Source: Octopus sinensis (lineage: Eukaryota). From it: a stretch of 56,736 nt of DNA. The notes under the pieces are model-generated. The model made no database searches, was not told the origin of the DNA, and saw only the letters and a program-made list of their open reading frames with translations. This document shows, piece after piece, positions 49,137 through 56,736 of this stretch. Every line of letters starts with the position of its first letter. Positions within the stretch are counted from its first letter, which is position 1. The stretch spans positions 1-56,736 of the forward strand of contig NW_021833674.1 in NCBI RefSeq assembly GCF_006345805.1, in the 5' to 3' direction. Made by a program: the position numbers and the translations under genes.

Positions 49137-49454
49137 TGTGGAGGCGCAATGGCCCAGTGGTTAGAGCAGCGGACTCGCGCGGTTGTAGAACCGCGGTTTC
49201 GATTCCCAGACCGGGCGTTGTGAGTGTTTATTGAGCAAAAACACCTAAAGCTCCACGAGGCTCCGCAGGAGGAGGTGGCGATTCCTGCTGTACACTTTCG
49301 CCACAACTTTCTCTCTCACTCTTTCTTCTGTTGGCCTGTTCGCTTAGCCAGTGGGGTGGCGTCATTTGAAGGCTAAAACAATGCGAAGCGCATTGTGACC
49401 AGCGATGTGTAGCAACATCTGATAGCGTGGTCGGTCACGCTGATCATGGTGATG
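49137..49454 (+). mobile_element. SINE family C subfamily with an RTE-like tail and TSD
   Basis: tRNA head TGGCCCAGTGGTTAGAGC / GGTTTCGATTCCC; TSD TAAGAACATG at 49129-49138 and 49455-49464. Confidence 0.9.
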
Positions 49455-49594
49455 TAAGAACATGCAAACAAATGTGAACTACCCCTAAATATACGAATTA
49501 ATATTTGCTAAGCATTTCAGGCGGTCAGCTTGTAGAATGTTTAGCACGCCGGACAAACGTCTTAGCGGCATTTCGTCCGTTTTATATTATGGGA

Positions 49595-50150
49595 CGGCAG
49601 ATCTAAAAAAGAGATAACAACACCAGTCACTTTAGCCTCTGCTACCATGATGAAGTTTTTAGCAACATATGTAAAAGCAATTTTATTAGTTTTCCAAGAA
49701 GACTCAGAAAGTACAAGACCCTGGTGACCCCAATCCTCATGCAACGGGTGTGAGAGCTGAACTCTTATAGCCGATATGAAGAGAAGAACCCAGACATTTC
49801 AGAACAAGAGTCCCAGGATGTTATTTCATATCCCGTAGACAGAGCACAAAACGAACTGCTTTGGAAGGCAGTAAATCAACAAATATGGTGGCAGAGAGGA
49901 AAAGCTATTTGTACAGGTAAAATCAGGAAAGCTTGCCTCGTATCGTCATGTATCTCGCCACATCTTACAACTTAAAACCATTCTTCAAGGCACAGTTGAG
50001 AAAGGACGAAAGAGAGGCAGACAGATAATCTTGGTTTGACAAAATCAAGAACTGGACAGGCCACACCAAGCGAACTTGTTACTAATGACGGAGAAAAAAG
50101 ACCAGTGGCAAAGGCTGACTATGAAAGCGTCCAGAGTGGCACCCCATTGT
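49595..50150 (+). mobile_element. Decayed RTE (BovB-like) LINE 3' fragment
   Basis: YKTLVTPIL../GCES*TLIADMKRRTQTFQNK...IP*TEHKTN...RHVSRH...KTILQGTVEKGRKRGRQ../WFDKIKNWTG. Confidence 0.8.
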
Positions 50151-50871
50151 TTAAGAAATCTTGTTAATAATGATAGGAAGATTTAGTAAGTTTGTATTTC
50201 GAAAAAGAAACTTCAGCAGAAAATTTTCAAAATATCTCAAAACAGAGAAACACAATTTCGTGTTAATGAAATTATTACAACGTAAATATCAACAGAATGG
50301 TATTTGAATGGTATTTGGTAATAAATATTCACGAGCCAAAAAATAAATATCATAAGAAATAACAAGAAACAAATGAAAATAGAACGTCAATTCACCAAAC
50401 CTTTATTTATACAAAATTTTGTTTATTCATAAAATAAGTATGAAAATTTAAATCATGTAAGCATTGTATTAAAAAAGATTGATGCAATGTTATTATAAAA
50501 TGACGTCTTACAATATTCCTTTGGATTAATTCATTATTTTATTCAGGAAAAATAATAAGAAAAATCTGTGGTAGTTTATAGAAAATTTGCAGAATAACAC
50601 TTAATAAATAATAAATAATTGTGCGCACGGATAATAGCGAAGAACCAACACGAAGACGTACATATTTATTCTTATTACGCTTCGGAAGATTTAAATGTGA
50701 AAATTGTATTCGTTATTGTATTCCGTCTTCGGAGAACACCTTCTTTCAGACGATGTGTTCGCAGCAGGCTTGTTACAGTAACGTAAGTCGCTTTTGAAAG
50801 GCAAAATATATACTCAGACTAAAATTACGAAGCAAACACAACTTTGGGAAAATATGTTTTTCCTGAATATT

Positions 50872-51101
50872 ATTTCTTTATTGCTCACAAGGGGCTAAAC
50901 ACAGAGGTGACAAACAAGGACAGACAAAGGAATTAAGTCGATTACATCGACCCCTGTGCGTAATTAGTGCTTAATTTATCGACCCCGAAACGATGAAAGG
51001 CAAAGTCGACCTCGGCGGAATTTGAACTCAGAACGTAACGGTAGACGACATAACGCGAAGCAGTTCGTCCGGCGTGCTAACGATTCTGCCAGATCGCCGC
51101 C
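50872..51101 (-). mobile_element. SINE family A monomer
   Basis: Near-consensus copy; CTGAAT on both flanks. Confidence 0.9.
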
Positions 51102-51385
51102 TTACTGAATCTGAGGAATCTTTCGCAACATCGAACGTTATTGCATTTATATTAATAATATACTCCAAATATTCGGTTCTCTTGGCATCTGTATTTTACT
51201 CAATTTCGTCGTGCAAACGAACGCTAAGAGTGTTGAAAAACTTATAGTATATTACTTTTATATAGATTATATCACTTTTATTCTGTACTACAATCCGTTA
51301 GAATTTACCTCCTGCAAAATTCTGTAGTTATCTCCCTTCTCCCTATCTTTATCCTCCTCTTAATTCTGTTTTCTTCCTCGTGTAT

Positions 51386-51469
<84 letters not shown>

Positions 51470-51552
51470 ATGTGTGTGTCTGAATCGACTCAGTTTGTCA
51501 GTCTGAAACTCAGTCGATCGCTCTGGACAAATAAAAATACAAATACAAACGA

Positions 51553-51586
<34 letters not shown>

Positions 51587-51809
51587 AATCACACATAGAA
51601 TAGATACCGCTGGTTCCCACATTCATTTTGTTGCCTAAATTCACTCAAAAGACACCAACATGTCCAGGATTACAGTAGAACCAGCTTGCCTCAGTTGCTG
51701 CATATTAGATTTATCAGCAAAACACGTGACAGCAAAATGAGCGTCTTAACCACACAGCTATACCTATACTACACCCCCACATACACAAACACACATACAC
51801 ACACACACA

Positions 51810-52167
51810 CATGTCCTGTTGTTTGTATTTGTAACTGTGTACCGGTTCTCGGTTTTGTTTTTTGGTCTTTGTTTTCGTATACATTCCCTTGCTTTCTTCC
51901 AAGGAATCTAATGCTGTTAGTTTAGATTTTCTTGCGGGCCGGTCAGATTCGAGCATTCGTGAGTGTAACCGGCCGAAACTGCTGAGATAATCTAGAACTC
52001 GACTGAGGATAAGAAGCTCCGAATGACCCGTCCTTGTTTGATCTTGTCCTTTTTTGTATCATCTAACTGCACGGATGATTTGTTGTCGCCTGTTACGTTC
52101 TTGTTCCATTTTTTCTTTTTTATCTATACATATAGCGGCTTACTTTATGTATATATATATATGCATG

Positions 52168-52200
<33 letters not shown>

Positions 52201-52261
52201 ATAATATATATATATATAATATATGATATATATGTATGTGTGTATATATATATTATATATA

Positions 52262-52314
<53 letters not shown>

Positions 52315-52795
52315 TAATAAATAAAATATATGCATACATACAAAAATATATGTACGTACCGACCATCTACATGTATATATACATGCATATATAAATATAT
52401 ACACGTACAGGACACCACAAGAAGACGTAAAAATCAACAGAAACGAAAACGGAAAAGCCATTTTGTTACAACAGAAGGACAGAGACGTGGAACAAGACGA
52501 AAAGGAAAACGGGAGAAACAATTATGTACAGCAGAAAAACGAAGTACAGGACATGCTGCACAAGGAAAAATCCCCTTCATCAGCTGTCGCTAGCAGACAT
52601 AGCGTGTTTCGAAGGCAAGACAGGACACGTTTGTAATGCTAGGCCTTCCTACGAGAGAATTAAAATAAATTAACCTCGTAGAGGGGTAAAACGAGCAAGA
52701 AAAAATGTAACACAAAAAGAGACGTAACAAAGAACTGCACAAAAAAAATACAAGAAAAAAATACAAAAATAAAAATTAAAATACAAAAATATACA
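51810..52795. mobile_element. Two oppositely oriented modules flanking a (TA)n tract, each with GAAAC-N22/23-CTGANGA
   Basis: Plus: GAAAC 51975-79 ... CTGAGGA 52003-09. Minus: GAAAC (52606-10) ... CTGATGA (52577-83). Both are followed by T-rich GTCCT...GT tracts running into the TA repeat. Confidence 0.4.
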
Positions 52796-52798
52796 CAT

Positions 52799-53196
52799 AG
52801 GCGCAGGAGTGGCTGTGCTAAGTAGCTTGTTTACCAACCGCATGGTTCCGAGTTCAGTCCCACTGCGTGGCACCTTGGGCAAGTGCCTTCTGCTATAGCC
52901 TCGGGCCGACCAAAGCCTTGTGAGTGGATTTGGTAGACGGAAACTGGAAGAAGCCCGTCGTATATATGTATATATATATATATGCGTGTGTGTGTTTGTG
53001 TGTCTGTGTTTGTTCCCCTAGCATTGCTTGACAACCGATGCTGGTGTGTTTATGTTCCCGTTACTTAGCGGTTCGGCAAAAGAGACCGATAGAATAAGTA
53101 CTGGGCTTACAAAAGAATAAGTCCCGGGGTCGAGTTGCTCGATTAAAGGCAGTGCTCCAGCATGGCCGCAGTCAAATGACAGAAACAAGTAAAAGA
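52799..53196 (+). mobile_element. SINE family B
   Basis: Full-length copy. Confidence 0.9.
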
Positions 53197-53554
53197 AAGA
53201 AAAAAAAAGAATACATTTAATTTGCATTCTTCTCTTGAATGGTTCGGTTAAGGAACAAAATCACTACTAAAGAATTATCGAAAATTTTGGCTGCCACCTA
53301 CGAACACTCGATTGCATATATATAAGGTATGTACACAGACGTATGTATGTCTGTGAGTTACCAAAAGAATATTATACAGCGTGGTGAGATTACTGATAGC
53401 TGAATGTATTATTTTTATATTAATATCATTAACGAAATTAATGAAAAATATATATAAACAACAAATACAAAAAGAAATATCAAATAACAAATAGACTTTA
53501 GAAAGTCTATTTAAAAATTGCTCTTTATATAATATTGGTTCGTACTGGAGCGTA

Positions 53555-53711
53555 ATATATATTTATATATATATTTGTGTGTGTGTGTGTGTGGTTGCGT
53601 GTGTCTGTGTGTGTGTATGTGTGTGTGTATGTGTGTGTGCATATGTATACCGTATATGTATATATGAGTGTTTCTGTGTATGTATATATATGAATGTGCT
53701 ATATATACATA

Positions 53712-53757
<46 letters not shown>

Positions 53758-53758
53758 G

Positions 53759-53810
<52 letters not shown>

Positions 53811-53899
53811 TATATGTGTGTGTGGTGTATGTATGTATATATGCATGTATATATGTATATATATATGAGTATATATACATATATGAATATATATGTATA

Positions 53900-53932
<33 letters not shown>

Positions 53933-53975
53933 GTGTGTGAGTGTGTATGTGTGTGCGTGTGTGTGTGTGTGTGAG
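53555..53975. repeat. (TG)/(TA) microsatellite
   Basis: Directly visible. Confidence 0.95.
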
Positions 53976-54377
53976 TTCGCCTGTAAACAATAAGATTTGC
54001 CTGAATATATATATATTATTTAGTGACAAACAAAATTTCCTTCAGAAACAGAGCTCTGCTCCCTCCCAAAGGCAAATATAATAAGCTACTTTAATTTACA
54101 GATAATCAAATGAAATTTATCGATCTGAGTGTATCAATAAACGCATTTACATTTCTTTATGTAATTTGAAATATATCTAGAATAGAGTAGAATATTAATA
54201 ACGAAATTCAGAAACATTAAACATTGATACTTGTAAGAGAAAGTGGTGAGCCCTGACGTAAAATATTTTTTTTTTGTCGGGGATTAAATACGTACACAAT
54301 GTGTCGACCCACCCTCAACTTGAAACATCGAAAAAGTGGTTGGTGGTGTATTGCACACTAAATTTCCTTCATATTTC

Positions 54378-54570
54378 CTTCGTTCACTGGACTGCGGCCT
54401 TGCTGGGGTACAGTCTTGACGAGTTGAGTCAAACGAATTAAACCTAGGGGCTTAATTTGTTTAAGATTGATACTTATTTTAACGGTGTCTTTTGCCAAAC
54501 CGCCAGATTAAGGGGGCTTAAGCAAACCAATACCTGTTACCAAGTGGTGATGGAGAACGACAAAACACAC
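54378..54570 (-). mobile_element. Degraded SINE family B 3' half
   Basis: GGACTGCGGCCTTGCTGGGG...TACTTATTTTAACGGTGTCTTTTGCCAAACCGCC. Confidence 0.6.
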
Positions 54571-54740
54571 ATACATATCCACATACCCACACATACACGC
54601 ACTCACACATACTCACAAATATATCTTCCTGAGTATATATATATATATATATATACATATATACATACATGTACATGTATATATATATATATATACTTAC
54701 ATGTACATGTATTATAATATAGATATATATATATATATAT

Positions 54741-55090
54741 AAAAGGGCTTAGTAAAATAAATTACTTTGCCACATACTGAACTCATTAGAAATAGTAGCT
54801 AAAAAAACTTTTTTAAAACTATTTCTAATACTTAAGAAAATCTCTCTCATATAGTGTTTGCTCAATTCAACTCACGAAAGTATGGGGGTAAAGACATTAA
54901 AAAATCAAAATAACCTTTGCATTTGATTTTTTAATGTCTTTACCCCCATACTTTCGTGAGTTGAATGAGCAAACACTATATGAGAGAGATTTCTTTAAGT
55001 ATTAGAAATAGTTTTTAAAAAAGTTTTTTTAGCTACTATTTCTAATGAGTTCAGTATGTGGCAAAGTAATTTATTTTACTAAGCCCTTTT
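54741..55090. repeat. 350 bp palindrome (~169 bp arms, 12 bp loop) in (TA)n
   Basis: AAAAGGGCTTAGTAAAATAAATTACTTTGCCACATACTGA... mirrored by ...TCAGTATGTGGCAAAGTAATTTATTTTACTAAGCCCTTTT; loop 54910-54921. Confidence 0.95.
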
Positions 55091-55212
55091 ATATAATGTA
55101 ATAATTTGAATTCGCCTTAAATGGTCCCTTTACATACTGAATACTTGGTGAAATTGATTAATAATTAATTAATTTTACCCTCAATTGTGAAATTATATAT
55201 ATATATATATAT

Positions 55213-55247
<35 letters not shown>

Positions 55248-55289
55248 GTATATATATATATACGTATATACATATATACGTATATATGT

Positions 55290-55327
<38 letters not shown>

Positions 55328-55336
55328 CATATATAT

Positions 55337-55385
<49 letters not shown>

Positions 55386-55401
55386 TATATACATGTATAT
55401 T

Positions 55402-55481
<80 letters not shown>

Positions 55482-55653
55482 TAATCCAAACATGAAAACA
55501 TAAAGAAAAAACACAACAACGCGAGGACGTGGAACAATTATAGTATTATTGGACGATCAGGGAGAAGGGAGAAGAAGGAGGTTTTAACGTTTCAAGCGTT
55601 GGAAGCCTCTTCATGTGTTCCAATGTTCATGATATTTTTATGTGAATATATAA

Positions 55654-55701
<48 letters not shown>

Positions 55702-55800
55702 GCACACACATATATCGATAAACACATATATATGCATCCTCTCTGTTTCTTCTAATCTAAGTATTAAAAAAATCTCTCTATATATATATGCATGCGCATA

Positions 55801-55851
<51 letters not shown>

Positions 55852-55898
55852 ATCTCTCTCTTTCTTTCTCTCTCTCTCTCTTTCTCTCTCTCTCTCCC

Positions 55899-55943
<45 letters not shown>

Positions 55944-55978
55944 TATAGACAGAGAAAGAAAGAGAGAGATGGATAGAT

Positions 55979-56210
55979 ATATTTCTTTACTACCCACAAG
56001 GGGCTAAACACAGAAAGGACAAACTAGGACAGACAAACGGATTAAGTCGATTATATCGACCCCAGTGCGTAACTGGCACTTAATTTATCAACCCCGAAAG
56101 GATGAGAGGCAAAGTCGACCTCGGCGGAATTTGAACTCAGAACATAACAGCAGACGAAATACTGATTTGCATTTCGCCCGGCGTGCTAACGCTTCTGCCA
56201 GCTCGCCGCC
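55979..56210 (-). mobile_element. SINE family A monomer
   Basis: Near-consensus copy between GATA-like flanks. Confidence 0.9.
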
Positions 56211-56321
56211 CTAAAAAATTGCGAGAGATGGATAGATAGATAGATATACCATCACGTACATATATGCTTATATATATATATGTGTGAGTGTGAGTGTGTG
56301 TATTTGCGTGTATGTGTGTAC

Positions 56322-56352
<31 letters not shown>

Positions 56353-56736
56353 TGCGTCTACGTGCGCGATTGTGAGGGTGTGTGTGCGTACGTTCGTGCG
56401 TGCATACATGTGCGTGGTCCTGCCTGTTTGGTGGTTGAAATACACTTAAACGTTTCACTGAATAGCTTAGCACACCACTCAACTAACGAATACAGACGCG
56501 CAACGCATTTGATGTTGCCGCCGGCCTTTTTCGTTAACATATCACGGAAAATTCCAGCAGTGTTTACAAGAGTGATTAACAGCACAGGGTGGAACGATAA
56601 CGTTCGCACAAAATGGAATCCACTGTGATCACTGAACCGCGAAATCTAGTACATTTAAAAATACGAACCCGGCTTGACGTCAGATTTTCGTAAAATTCGC
56701 AAAGACGGGAAATGTAATATTATGAACAGTCAAATA

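Noticed and set aside
55964-56238. GAGAGATGGATAGATA on both sides of a SINE A as a TSD
   Set aside because: Low-complexity and offset ~12 bp from the SINE head; cannot be distinguished from microsatellite background.

Overview
AT-rich, repeat-saturated eukaryotic non-genic (intergenic or intronic) DNA. The SINE families and microsatellite load suggest a coleoid cephalopod (octopus), which is an inference. I recognise no host protein-coding exon, rRNA, true tRNA gene or CRISPR array, and almost all listed ORFs are microsatellite read-through. Recognisable content: three tRNA-head SINE families (many copies, some as multimers with target-site duplications); 3' fragments of CR1, RTE and Dong/R4 LINEs; mariner derivatives; two non-autonomous Helitrons and a 1.25 kb Helitron Rep ORF; and a decayed Naiad-type Penelope-like element (34752-36380). 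The Penelope element has an in-frame TGA exactly at a conserved Zn-finger cysteine (possible selenocysteine), an Asn/Ser-rich expansion inside its GIY-YIG motif and a downstream hammerhead-like motif. The most distinctive window-wide pattern is a set of short modules that sit inside (TA)n tracts, often as long fold-back palindromes, several carrying minimal hammerhead ribozyme motifs. All alignments and folds were done by eye; boundaries are approximate unless a TSD or TIR is quoted.
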